The notes under the pieces: model-generated
The model's database searches: none
Seen by the model: the letters and a program-made list of their open reading frames with translations, nothing else
What the model was told of the DNA's origin: nothing
Translations under genes and position numbers: made by a program
In this document: in pieces, positions 8,921-20,388 of the stretch
How the letters are laid out: every line of letters starts with the position of its first letter
How positions within the stretch are numbered: the stretch's first letter is position 1
Assembly: GCA_963782055.1 (NCBI GenBank)
Contig: CAWAIF010000003.1
Location: 1-64,000 of the forward strand
Direction: 5' to 3'
Origin: an uncultured delta proteobacterium
Lineage (GTDB): Bacteria > Myxococcota_A > Polyangia > Polyangiales > Polyangiaceae
DNA length: 64,000 bases

Positions 8921-10366
8921 ATGCGACGCCTCGCCCTCGTGCTCACCACTCTCGGACTCGCTGCCGCCGGCGCGTGCAGCGACGCCGGGGGCCAGGCCCC
9001 GGAGATCACGCCGGATCAGCCCCTGACCATCACCCGGACCACGGCCCCCTCGCCGATGTCCGGCACCGTCGCCCTCACCACGCCGGCGCCCTACGCCGAC
9101 GGCGGTCCGGTCACGCGCTTCCTCGAGTACGGCGCGATCATCAACCGCGTGGCCGGGATGATCGACGACGACGGCGTCGTCGGGCGCGCCGATCGCCACG
9201 GGCTGGACGTGCTGGACGTCACCTGGGAGGACACCGGCCGCGAGGAGGGCTCCGCCCTCGGCCCCAACATCAGCGACGTGACCCTGCAGGTGCGCCGCAA
9301 GAGCCCGTGGGGCGGCTGGGCGACCGCGCTCATGCCGGTGCTGCGCTTCCCCAACTTCAGCGACCGGACGGGCGACATCCCCGCCGACAAGTTCTTCGTC
9401 CGCGTGGGCAACGAGCACGACAGCGGCGAGGAGCTGCGCACGGTGAAGCTCGTCGACGTGCTGAAGAACATCAAGGAGTACGTCTCGGTCCCCTCCAGCA
9501 TCAAGGGCTCCGGCGACCTGCTCGCCAAGCGCGACACGCACTTCCTGGTGAGCGCGCAGGCCGTCTTCCTGCCGATCCCCAAGCGCGGCGAGGCGGAGTT
9601 CAACCCGGTCGTCTTCAACTACCAGTCCGCGCCCGGCTCCACCGCGGACCTGGTCATCCTGGTCACGCGGCAGGGCACCAGCGTGCAGGTCATCGAGAAC
9701 AAGCCGGAGGAGGCGACGGGCGTCGGCTACGGGCAGGAGCTGTACTTCAACAACCGCGGCAAGCGCGCCGACCTCACCGCCCAGCGTCGCAGTGACGTCG
9801 TGGCCCGCATCGAGGCGCAGGGCGGACCGAAGACCGAGGACGATCGCAGCGCCATCGCCAGGGGCGCCGACGTGATGTTCCTCATCCAGGTGCCCCTCAA
9901 GCACAAGAACCGCGGCTACCTGAACGGACTCTCCGACGCCAACGGATACCTCGGCTTCGGCTTCGGCGGGGGCGGTTCGACCAAGGCGAGCGCGGGCGGG
10001 CCCATGAGCTCCGCCACGGCAGGGCCCCCCCCGCTGAAGGTCGCCGGCCACCGCGCGCAAGGAGGGAGCGCGTCTCCCGACGTGGAGCAGGCCGTCGTCG
10101 GCCACGGCCCCGATCTCGGCCCCTTCCGCGAGGGGCGCGATCTCTCCCTGGTGCGCGACGCCAGGTTCCCCATCCGCATCACCGTCCAGTTCTACAAGGC
10201 GACCAGCAACGGCGTCGTCGGCGACGAGGAGATGGGGCTCATCCGCAAGACCATCGACAGCGTCTACAAGCACGCCTCCTTCGTCGGCTCGCTGGTCGTG
10301 CCCGAGGGCGATCCGCAGCGCCCCACGGCCTGGCAAAAGGTGCAAAACGAGTGGTTCCCCTGGTGA
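8921..10366 (+). CDS. Conserved-looking lipoprotein of unknown function (WEDTGR-GPNISD motifs)
   Basis: Signal LAAAGAC; globular enzyme-like sequence; strong coding bias. Confidence 0.8.
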   Translation: MRRLALVLTTLGLAAAGACSDAGGQAPEITPDQPLTITRTTAPSPMSGTVALTTPAPYADGGPVTRFLEYGAIINRVAGMIDDDGVVGRADRHGLDVLDVTWEDTGREEGSALGPNISDVTLQVRRKSPWGGWATALMPVLRFPNFSDRTGDIPADKFFVRVGNEHDSGEELRTVKLVDVLKNIKEYVSVPSSIKGSGDLLAKRDTHFLVSAQAVFLPIPKRGEAEFNPVVFNYQSAPGSTADLVILVTRQGTSVQVIENKPEEATGVGYGQELYFNNRGKRADLTAQRRSDVVARIEAQGGPKTEDDRSAIARGADVMFLIQVPLKHKNRGYLNGLSDANGYLGFGFGGGGSTKASAGGPMSSATAGPPPLKVAGHRAQGGSASPDVEQAVVGHGPDLGPFREGRDLSLVRDARFPIRITVQFYKATSNGVVGDEEMGLIRKTIDSVYKHASFVGSLVVPEGDPQRPTAWQKVQNEWFPW

Positions 10367-10421
10367 TCTCGGGGAAACGGCCAGGACCCCGTGGCTGTGA
10401 GCCGGGGCGAAGGTTAGACTG

Positions 10422-11477
10422 ATGGCGTCCATGTCGGTCGCCAACTACGTCCTCGCCGCGCTCGGCCTGGCCCTCTTGATGATCGTGCACGAGAGCGGCC
10501 ACTACTTCGCCGCCCGCCGCTACGGCATGCGCGTCACCAAGTTCTCCATCGGCTTCGGCCCGACGATCTGGCGCCACCAGCCCAAGAGCAGCCCGACGGT
10601 CTTCCAGATCGCCCTCATCCCCTTCCTGGCCTACGTGCAGATCGCGGGGATGAACCCGTACGAGGACCAGGACGACAACGACAAGGGCAGCTACACCAAC
10701 GCCTCCCTCTGGGCGCGCATCGTCACCATCACGGCCGGGCCGCTCGCCAACTACCTCTTCGCCACCGTCCTGTTCTTCTTCGGCTTCCTCATCGGCGGCC
10801 AGGACATCCCCACCGGCGTGAAGGTGCTCAGCGTGGACTCCGGCGGCGCGGCCGCGGCGGCCGGCATGCACGAGGGCGACGTGGTGCGCGCCGTCGGCGA
10901 CACGAAGGTCGTCATCCCGGAGGACCTGACCAGGGTGGTGGGCGCCCACTCCGGCGACAAGCTGGACCTGCTCGTCGAGCGCGACGGCAAGCCGATGCAC
11001 ATGCTGATGACCCCGCAGCCGAAGGGCTCGCACGGCGAGGGTCGCATCTCGGTCCACATCTCCACGATGACCCGCACCGTGAAGGTGGGCGTCGGGGAGG
11101 CGGCGGTGCTCGGCATCACCGAGCCGCCGAAGGTGGTCGTCGGCCTGGTCGTCGGCCTGGCGCGCATGATCACCGGCAAGGACAAGCTGGCGGCGAGCGG
11201 CCCGGTGGGCATCGTCAAGGAGACGGCGGCGGCGGTGCACAGCGGCGCGGGGGATGGACTCAAGCTGCTCGCCGCCATCAGCGCGTACCTGGGCGGCTTC
11301 AACCTGCTGCCCTTCCCCGCGCTGGACGGCGGTCGCCTGCTCTTCCTCGGGTTCGAGGCGGCGTCGCGCCGGAAGCCCGCGCGGAAGGTGGAGGCCCTCG
11401 TCCACGCCATAGGCCTGGCGATGATGCTCACCCTCATCGCCATCGTGACCTACACCGACATCGTGCCGAAGCACTGA
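10422..11477 (+). CDS. rseP: RseP-like M50 intramembrane metalloprotease with PDZ domain
   Basis: HESGH, FSIGFGP, AGPLAN, FNLLPFPALDGG. Confidence 0.92.
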   Translation: MASMSVANYVLAALGLALLMIVHESGHYFAARRYGMRVTKFSIGFGPTIWRHQPKSSPTVFQIALIPFLAYVQIAGMNPYEDQDDNDKGSYTNASLWARIVTITAGPLANYLFATVLFFFGFLIGGQDIPTGVKVLSVDSGGAAAAAGMHEGDVVRAVGDTKVVIPEDLTRVVGAHSGDKLDLLVERDGKPMHMLMTPQPKGSHGEGRISVHISTMTRTVKVGVGEAAVLGITEPPKVVVGLVVGLARMITGKDKLAASGPVGIVKETAAAVHSGAGDGLKLLAAISAYLGGFNLLPFPALDGGRLLFLGFEAASRRKPARKVEALVHAIGLAMMLTLIAIVTYTDIVPKH

Positions 11478-11522
11478 GCCTCACGAGGCGCCCATGCGGG
11501 CCCTCGGCGCCGAGCCGTGCAG

Positions 11523-12212
11523 TCAGCCGGGCCAGTCGTGGATCGGGAGGCGTGGAGTCGTCGCGATCGCCTTCGCGAGGCGGTCCAGGTACTCCGCGCG
11601 TGGCGCCTCCACGCAGCCGAGTGAGGCGAGGTGGGGGTTCATCACCTGGACGTCGAAGAGCAGGTAGCCGGACTCCTGCAGTCGGGTCGTCAGCGTGGCG
11701 AAGGCGACCTTCGAGGCGTCGGTGCGCCGGTGGAACATGGACTCCGCGGCGAAGGACCCGCCGAGGGCGATGCCGTAAATCCCCCCCACCAGCACGTCAC
11801 CCTCCCAGACCTCCAGGCTGTGCGCCCAGCCAAGCTCGTGCAGCTCCACGTAGCCCGCGAGAAGGTCCGGCGTGATCCACGTGCCGCCCTCGTGCTCGGT
11901 CGCGCACCCGAGCATCACCTCGCGGAATGCCGTGTCCACCGTGATGCGCCACGGCGCGTGACGCAGCGTGCGCCGCAGGCTGCGCGACCAGTGCAGCGGC
12001 GCGTCCAGCGGCAGCAGCGCGCGCGGGTCCGGCGAGAACCACGCCACGATCTCCTCCGACTGCGGCCACGGGAAGATGCCCTTGCGGTACGCCGCGAGCA
12101 GCGTGCCCGCCCGGAAGTCCACGCCCACGGCGACCACCTCGCGCGCCCCCGCCCGGCGCGGGTTCGGGAAGCGCACCTCCGTCGTCGGCGGCTCGACCGG
12201 CGTGCGTGTCAT
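11523..12212 (-). CDS. aat: Leucyl/phenylalanyl-tRNA-protein transferase
   Basis: AYRKGIFPW, WFSPDPR, TWIT, AHSLEVW, ESMFH, DASKVA. Confidence 0.95.
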   Translation of the reverse strand: MTRTPVEPPTTEVRFPNPRRAGAREVVAVGVDFRAGTLLAAYRKGIFPWPQSEEIVAWFSPDPRALLPLDAPLHWSRSLRRTLRHAPWRITVDTAFREVMLGCATEHEGGTWITPDLLAGYVELHELGWAHSLEVWEGDVLVGGIYGIALGGSFAAESMFHRRTDASKVAFATLTTRLQESGYLLFDVQVMNPHLASLGCVEAPRAEYLDRLAKAIATTPRLPIHDWPG

Positions 12213-12760
12213 CCGGACGGTGGCTGCCAGTCGTGGTGGATCAGGCTCACCTGCTCGTGATCGCACCACCGCCCGTCACACCGCATGAAGGCGGGCAGGG
12301 TGCCCTCCACCGAGAACCCGCAGCGGCCGACCACCCGCGCGCTCCGGGCGTTGCGCACGTCGTAGGTGGCCGTCAGGCGGTGCAGGCCCATCGCGCCGAA
12401 AGCGTGGCCGATGACGAGGCGCAGGGCCTCGGTCATGTAGCCGTGACCCTGCACCGACTCGGCGAGGGAGTAGCCCAGGCTGGCCGACCAGATGGGCGCG
12501 CGCAGCACGTCGCGCAGCTGCACCAGGCCGATGAGCTCGTCCTGGTGCAGCACGAGCAGCCGGAGCGTTCGCCCGTGCGCGCGGTCCACCTCGTAGGCGG
12601 CCAGGCGCGTCTGCCAGAAGGGCAGGGTGAACATCTCCGGCGGCGCGTGCGGCATCCAGGGCGCGTGGTGCGCGCGGTTCTCGACGTGGTATCGGACCAT
12701 GGCGGCCGCATCCTCCACCTGCGCCTCGCGCAGCACCACGCGCGCTCCGACCAGCGTCAT
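12209..12760 (-). CDS. RimJ/RimL-family GNAT N-acetyltransferase
   Basis: ENRAHHAPW, LGYSL...QGHGYMTEAL, LHRL, N.RS..V..RCGF, W.DH. ATGA overlap with aat. Confidence 0.9.
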   Translation of the reverse strand: MTLVGARVVLREAQVEDAAAMVRYHVENRAHHAPWMPHAPPEMFTLPFWQTRLAAYEVDRAHGRTLRLLVLHQDELIGLVQLRDVLRAPIWSASLGYSLAESVQGHGYMTEALRLVIGHAFGAMGLHRLTATYDVRNARSARVVGRCGFSVEGTLPAFMRCDGRWCDHEQVSLIHHDWQPPSG

Positions 12761-12764
12761 GGGG

Positions 12765-13340
12765 TCACGCGGCCGGGACGCTCTCGCTCCGGAAGATCTC
12801 CACCCGCTGGAGCACCACGTCCTGGTTGGGTCGATCCCCCGCGCCGCGCGGCGTGTGGGTGATCTTGGCGATGATGTCGGCGCCGGCCACCGTGTAGCCG
12901 AAGACGGAGTGCTTGTTGTCCAGCCAGGGCGTCGCCTTCTCGGTGATGAAGAACTGCGAGCCGTTGCTGTTGGGCCCGCTGTTGGCCATCGACAGCACGC
13001 CCGGTCCGGTGTGCCGCAGCTCCGGGTGGAACTCGTCGGCGAACTTGTAGCCAGGGCCGCCGCGGCCGACGCCCAGCGGGTCGCCGCCCTGGATCATGAA
13101 GTCGGGGATGACGCGGTGGAAGATGGTGCCATCGTAGAGGGGCGCGCCGGTGCGGGCCTGGTTCGTCTTGGGGTCGGTCCACTCCTGGGTCCCGGTGGCC
13201 AGGCCCACGAAGTTCTTGACGGTGTTGGGGGCGCGCTGCTCCTCCAGCCGGAGGACGATGTTGCCCAGGGAGGTGTGAAAACGGGCGTAGAGCTGGCCCG
13301 AGCCGGGGATGTTGATGGCGGGGAAGGTGGCGGACGGCAT
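12765..13340 (-). CDS. Cyclophilin-type peptidyl-prolyl isomerase
   Basis: FHRVIPDFMIQGGDP, LSMANSGPNSNGSQFFIT, WLDNKHSVFG. Confidence 0.95.
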   Translation of the reverse strand: MPSATFPAINIPGSGQLYARFHTSLGNIVLRLEEQRAPNTVKNFVGLATGTQEWTDPKTNQARTGAPLYDGTIFHRVIPDFMIQGGDPLGVGRGGPGYKFADEFHPELRHTGPGVLSMANSGPNSNGSQFFITEKATPWLDNKHSVFGYTVAGADIIAKITHTPRGAGDRPNQDVVLQRVEIFRSESVPAA

Positions 13341-13561
13341 GCGGCGGGTCCTACTTTCTCGAGCCTGCCGGCTCGGGTGGGGGGCGAGAACGTGCGCGGC
13401 TACGCCGCACCGCCCTTGACCGGGTTCCTGAGGTGTTGATACCCCTTACTTCTGCGCGATTTTCTTTAGACCCGCCGCTCCCCGAAATCGAGAGGCGCGT
13501 CCACGCGCAGGATCGAGGCCAAGTCGTTGCATCGTCGAAGGCGGAACGCCGGAGGCCGAAC

Positions 13562-14602
13562 GTGATCACCTGTCCGAAGTGCGACAAAGACAACCAGGAC
13601 CACTACAAGTTCTGCCTCGGGTGCGGCGCGGAGCTGCCCCGTAACGCGGAGCCCAAGCCCTTCTCGCCGAAGACCCCGCCTCACGGCGTGAAGGTCCCCT
13701 CGGCGGCACCGCCTCCAGCCCCGCCGGCTGCGGGGCCCCCGGCTGCCGCGCCTCCGCCCGCGGTCTTCGTGCCGGCGCCCGAGCCTGCGGCTCCGGCCCC
13801 TGCGGCCGGCCCGCCCTCCGCGGCCGCCGCCTCCGGCACCGTCCCGTGTCCGCAGTGCGGCCACATCAACCAGCCGGGCCACACCTTCTGCGGGGCGTGC
13901 GGCTTCCGCCTCGGCGGCGGCGCCCCGAAGCCCGCGCCCGCGCCGGAGCCGTCCATGCCGGCGGCTCCCGGCGCCATCACCCTCACCGCCCTGCGCGCGG
14001 ATGGGAGCGAGGCCGGCAACTACACCCTGCCCGGCGGCGACGTGACCGTCGGCCGCGACACCGGCGGGATCTTCGCCGGCGACAGCTACCTCTCCCCGCG
14101 CCACGCCACCTTCCGCCAGAAGGGCGCGGGCAAGATCACCATCACCGACGAGAGCTCTCTCAACGGCGTCTACCGCAAGCTCGCGCGCGACATGCCGGTG
14201 GAGCTCCGGCCGAACGACGTCTTCCGCATCGGGCAGGAGATCATCAAGTTCGAGCCCATCGCCGCGTTGCCGCCTGGGCCGGAGGGCGTCGAGCGCCTCG
14301 GCGCGCCGTCGAAGGGGTACATCGGTCGCATCGCGCTCGTCATCGGCCGCGAGACGACGGGCAACGCCTTCCCCATCCCGGAGTCCGGCCTGCACATCGG
14401 CCGCGAGCGCGGTGACGTGCTCTTCCCCGAGGACGGCTACGTCTCCGGCCTGCACTGCCACGTCTCGTGGGAGAGCGGGAAGCTGATGCTGACCGACCTG
14501 GGCAGCTCCAACGGCACCTTCGTGCGACTCCACGACGAGGTCGAGATCCACACCGGAGACGTGCTGCTCATGGGGCAGCAACTCTTCCGGGTGTCGATGT
14601 GA
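13562..14602 (+). CDS. Zinc-ribbon and tandem FHA domain protein
   Basis: Two CxxC..CxxC ribbons, Pro/Ala linker, two FHA motifs (GR..S..H..S.NG). Confidence 0.88.
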   Translation: MITCPKCDKDNQDHYKFCLGCGAELPRNAEPKPFSPKTPPHGVKVPSAAPPPAPPAAGPPAAAPPPAVFVPAPEPAAPAPAAGPPSAAAASGTVPCPQCGHINQPGHTFCGACGFRLGGGAPKPAPAPEPSMPAAPGAITLTALRADGSEAGNYTLPGGDVTVGRDTGGIFAGDSYLSPRHATFRQKGAGKITITDESSLNGVYRKLARDMPVELRPNDVFRIGQEIIKFEPIAALPPGPEGVERLGAPSKGYIGRIALVIGRETTGNAFPIPESGLHIGRERGDVLFPEDGYVSGLHCHVSWESGKLMLTDLGSSNGTFVRLHDEVEIHTGDVLLMGQQLFRVSM

Positions 14603-14632
14603 GCCTCCGCGCCGCGTGCTAGGCTCTGCGGC

Positions 14633-15028
14633 ATGTCCCCCACGCGCACGATTCGCGTCGTAGCCGCCGTGGTGGACCGCGATGGGCGCTACCTCATCAC
14701 GCAGCGCCGGCCGACGGCGGTCCTGCCGCTGCTGTGGGAGTTCCCCGGCGGCAAGGTGGAGCCGGGGGAGAGCGACGCGCAGGCCCTCAAGCGCGAGCTG
14801 ATGCACCGGCTGGGCGCGGAGATCGAGTGCGGCAAGCTCATCTCCTTCGTGAGCCACCCGTACGAGCACTACGTGGTGGACCTCTTCCTGTACGAGTGCC
14901 ACCTGCTGCGCGAGCAGCTGGAGGTTCGCGCGGTGAACGACTTCCGCTGGGTGACCAGCGCGGAGTTCGAGCAGTATCCCTTCACGCCCGCGGACGAGGC
15001 GTCGATGAACAAGCTGCTCGGGGTGTGA
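14633..15028 (+). CDS. MutT/NudG-like NUDIX hydrolase
   Basis: WEFPGGKVEPGES..AL.REL Nudix box (second half divergent: ELMHRLG). Confidence 0.88.
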   Translation: MSPTRTIRVVAAVVDRDGRYLITQRRPTAVLPLLWEFPGGKVEPGESDAQALKRELMHRLGAEIECGKLISFVSHPYEHYVVDLFLYECHLLREQLEVRAVNDFRWVTSAEFEQYPFTPADEASMNKLLGV

Positions 15029-15052
15029 GGTGGAGAGGGGGGTGAAGAGAGG

Positions 15053-16303
15053 TCAGGCGGTGGGGGCGGGGGTCTCGCTCTCGCTTCCGGCCAGGGTGAG
15101 CGCGAGGATCAGCGCGAGGCACATGCCGATCGCGCCGGCGACGTAGGGCGCGCGCGGGCCGAGGACCGAGCCGTAGAGGTAGCCGCCCATCGCCGGGCCC
15201 ATCACGCGCGCGAGGCTCGCCATCGACTGGCTGGACCCGAGCGTCGCGCCCTGCTCGTCGGCCCGCCCGCGCTTGGAGACGTACGCCGAGACCGACGGCT
15301 GCGAGAGCCCGTTGCCTATCGCCAGCACGACGCCGGCGACGTAGAGCATCCACTTGCCGACGCTGGGGGACGCGGCGATGCCGGTGAAGGCCACGATCTG
15401 CAGGAGGACGCCCGCCTGCAGGATGCTCTTGTCCTCCACGCGCCCGGAGAGTCGCCGCACCAGCCCGCCCTGCACCGCCGCCGCCGCCACGCCCACCAGC
15501 GCGAGCACGCCGCCCGTCTCCGCGGCGCTCATCGCGAACATGTCCTTGTTGAAGAAGCGGAAGGTCTGGTCGAGGTTGGCGAAGGACAGCACGAGCACGA
15601 AGTTGACCAGGATGGCGCGCCCGAGCATCGGCCGCTTCAGCGTGCGGACCAGCGCCGAGATGTCCAGCGGGGAGAGCCGTCGCTTCTCCTTGGATCGCTT
15701 CTCGCGCGGGAGCGACTCGACCAGGCCGCGCGCCACCCAGACGAAGTTGATCACGCTGAGGCCGGCGGCGGCCCAGCACGCCCACGGGCCGTGGCGGTGA
15801 TTGACCGGGAAGGAGGCGAGCACGCCGCCCAGACCCGGCCCCATGATGAAGCCCAGGCCGAAGGCCATGCCGATGAGGCCCATGCCCTTGGCGCGGTCCT
15901 TCGGAGGGGTCACGTCGGCGATGTACGCGCTCGCGGTGCCCAGGTTGGCGGTGGCGATGCCGGCGAAGATGCGCGCGGCGAAGAGGAAGGCGATGCCCGA
16001 GCCGTACGCGAGCGCCAGGCCCAGCCCGGCGTTGGAGAGCGCCGTCGCGCCGATGGACCAGACCAGCACCGGCTTGCGCCCCACGCGGTCGGAGAGGCGC
16101 CCCCACACCGGCACGAAGAGGAACTGCATCAGCGAGTAGACCGCCGCGAGCAGCGTGGCGATGAAGGCGGTCGTGCCGAAGGTGTCGCGCGCCTCTTCCG
16201 CGAGGAACGGCAGCACCAGGCCGAAGCCGAGCAGGTCCAGGACGATGGTGAGGAAGATCGCGCCGAGCGACGGCTTCCTCGTCTTCGGAGACGCGCTGTC
16301 CAT
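15053..16303 (-). CDS. TetA-like MFS transporter
   Basis: LDLLGFGLVLP, WGRLSDRVGRKP, AYIADVT, GFIMGPGLGG. Confidence 0.92.
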   Translation of the reverse strand: MDSASPKTRKPSLGAIFLTIVLDLLGFGLVLPFLAEEARDTFGTTAFIATLLAAVYSLMQFLFVPVWGRLSDRVGRKPVLVWSIGATALSNAGLGLALAYGSGIAFLFAARIFAGIATANLGTASAYIADVTPPKDRAKGMGLIGMAFGLGFIMGPGLGGVLASFPVNHRHGPWACWAAAGLSVINFVWVARGLVESLPREKRSKEKRRLSPLDISALVRTLKRPMLGRAILVNFVLVLSFANLDQTFRFFNKDMFAMSAAETGGVLALVGVAAAAVQGGLVRRLSGRVEDKSILQAGVLLQIVAFTGIAASPSVGKWMLYVAGVVLAIGNGLSQPSVSAYVSKRGRADEQGATLGSSQSMASLARVMGPAMGGYLYGSVLGPRAPYVAGAIGMCLALILALTLAGSESETPAPTA

Positions 16304-16319
16304 CACACCGCCGCCCTTG

Positions 16320-17060
16320 TTAGCACTCGCGGCGCGCCCAGACGAACGCTTCGACGTTGCCCTTCGGTCCAGGCAGGGGGGAGTCGCACTCGCCGAGCAC
16401 CTCGAAGCCGGCGGCCCGCACCTCGCCGAGCACCGACTGGATGGCAAGACGCCTCACCTCCGGATCGCGGATCACGCCGCGGGCGCGCGTCGCCTCCTCG
16501 CGTCCCACCTCGAACTGCGGCTTGACCAGGGCGAGCAGCTCCCCGCCGGGCCGCGTGCAGCGCGCCACCGCCTCGAGGAGCTTGCCCAGCCCGATGAAGG
16601 ACGCGTCGACGACGGTGAGGTCCGCCGCCCCACCGATCGCCTCCGGCTGGAGCGTGCGGGCGTTCGTCCGCTCGAGCACGAGCACCCGTGCGTCGGTGCG
16701 GAGGCGGTGGGCGAGCTGCCCGTAGCCCACGTCCACCGCCGCGACGCTCACCGCGCCGCGCTGCAGCAGGCAGTCGGTGAACCCGCCGGTGGAGGCCCCG
16801 AGATCGAGGCACCGCTTCCCCGCCGGCTGCACCCCCAGGGTGTCCAGCGCGCCGGCCAGCTTCACGCCGCCTCGCGACACGAACGGATGGTCAGGTGCCC
16901 GCACCTCCACCCGCCCCTCCGCCGCGATCATCGTGCCCGCCTTGTCCACGCGCGCCCCGTCGACGAACACCTTGCCCGCCAGGATGAGGGCCTGAGCCCG
17001 CGACCGTGTGGGCGCCATCCCCCGGGAGACGAGGAGTTGATCGAGTCGGGCGCGCGTCAC
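16320..17060 (-). CDS. tlyA: TlyA rRNA methyltransferase
   Basis: N-terminal S4 domain, FVSRGGVKL, LDLGASTGGFTD, LVKPQFE. Confidence 0.95.
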   Translation of the reverse strand: MTRARLDQLLVSRGMAPTRSRAQALILAGKVFVDGARVDKAGTMIAAEGRVEVRAPDHPFVSRGGVKLAGALDTLGVQPAGKRCLDLGASTGGFTDCLLQRGAVSVAAVDVGYGQLAHRLRTDARVLVLERTNARTLQPEAIGGAADLTVVDASFIGLGKLLEAVARCTRPGGELLALVKPQFEVGREEATRARGVIRDPEVRRLAIQSVLGEVRAAGFEVLGECDSPLPGPKGNVEAFVWARREC

Positions 17061-17221
17061 GTCTCTTTCCCGTCCGCCGGAGCGTAGACCCAGGCGACAA
17101 ATCTGGTACAGTCGTGAAACTCGCGGGGCAAGATTAGCCTTTCAGTTCTTCGTCTTGCGTGGCTCGGAGAGGCCTGCGCCTCGTCCTCGTCACGCTCAGG
17201 ATCCCGCGGGGGAGGCACGAG

Positions 17222-18130
<909 letters not shown>

Positions 18131-18145
18131 TCGGGGGATGCAGGC

Positions 18146-19011
18146 TCACAGCCCCGCGTCGGGGTGGAGCGCGCGCGCGACGGTCGCCACGCCCTCCGCC
18201 ACCCGCGGGCCGGGGCGCAGCACCGCCTCGTCGGTGAGCGAGACGACGCGTCCGTCCTTGACGGCGCGCACGTCGCGCCAGCCCGGCGCATCGGAGGTGA
18301 TGCGCTGGTGGCCGTGCTCCTCGCCGGCGGCGGCGTCCAGGACCACCTGCGGGTCCAGGCCGACGATGGCCTCCAGGTCGAGCATGGGGTAGCTGCCGCC
18401 GGTGTGGACCACGTTGACGCCGCCGGCGCGCCGGATGATCTCGTCGCCGAAGCCCACAGGGCCGGCGACCACCACCGGCTGCACGCCGAAGACGAGCAGC
18501 GTCCGCGCCGGCGGCTCCTGCTTCACCGCGGCGGCGACGGCGGCCAGGCGCGCGCGCATCTTCGCCACCACCTGCGCGGCGTCCTTCGGGTGCCCCACGC
18601 GGTCGCCGATGCCGAGGATCATCGTCGCGATCTCGTCGATCGAGGCAGTGTGCGGGAAGTAGACCGCCACGCCGCGCGCCTCGAGCCAATCCGCGATGCT
18701 CGACCCGCCGGGCCCGCGCGCGCCGACGACCAGGTCAGGGTGCAGCGCGAGGATGGCCTCCAGGTCCGGGTCCACGAAGCCGCCCACGATGGGCAGCTTG
18801 CTCACCTCCGGCGGGTAGTCGCAGTAGCGCGACCGGCCCACCAGCGCGGGCAGGGCACCCACCGCGGCGACGGCCTCGGTGGTCGAGGGTGACAGCGACA
18901 CCACGCGATGCGCGACGGGCGCGCCGGCGTCGGCGTCGGCGAGCGGTGCGCCGTGCGACTTGCACGCCACGATCACCAGGGCGGCGACGGCGAACAGCGC
19001 GCGGCGGCTGA

Positions 19012-19015
<4 letters not shown>
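18146..19015 (-). CDS. BtuF-like helical-backbone ABC substrate-binding lipoprotein (cobalamin/heme/siderophore)
   Basis: RVVSLSPSTTE, VGRSRYCDYP, DLEAILALHPDLV, RPGPR. Confidence 0.88.
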
Positions 19016-20373
<1,358 letters not shown>

Positions 20374-20388
20374 GGACTCCCCACACTA

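Noticed and set aside
15053..16303. Acquired tetracycline resistance gene
   Set aside because: Generic TetA-like MFS in a core context with host-like GC, no tetR and no mobile element.
17100..17120. Sigma-54 promoter TGGTAC-N5-TGAA upstream of the MopE-repeat gene
   Set aside because: The conserved -12 GC is missing.
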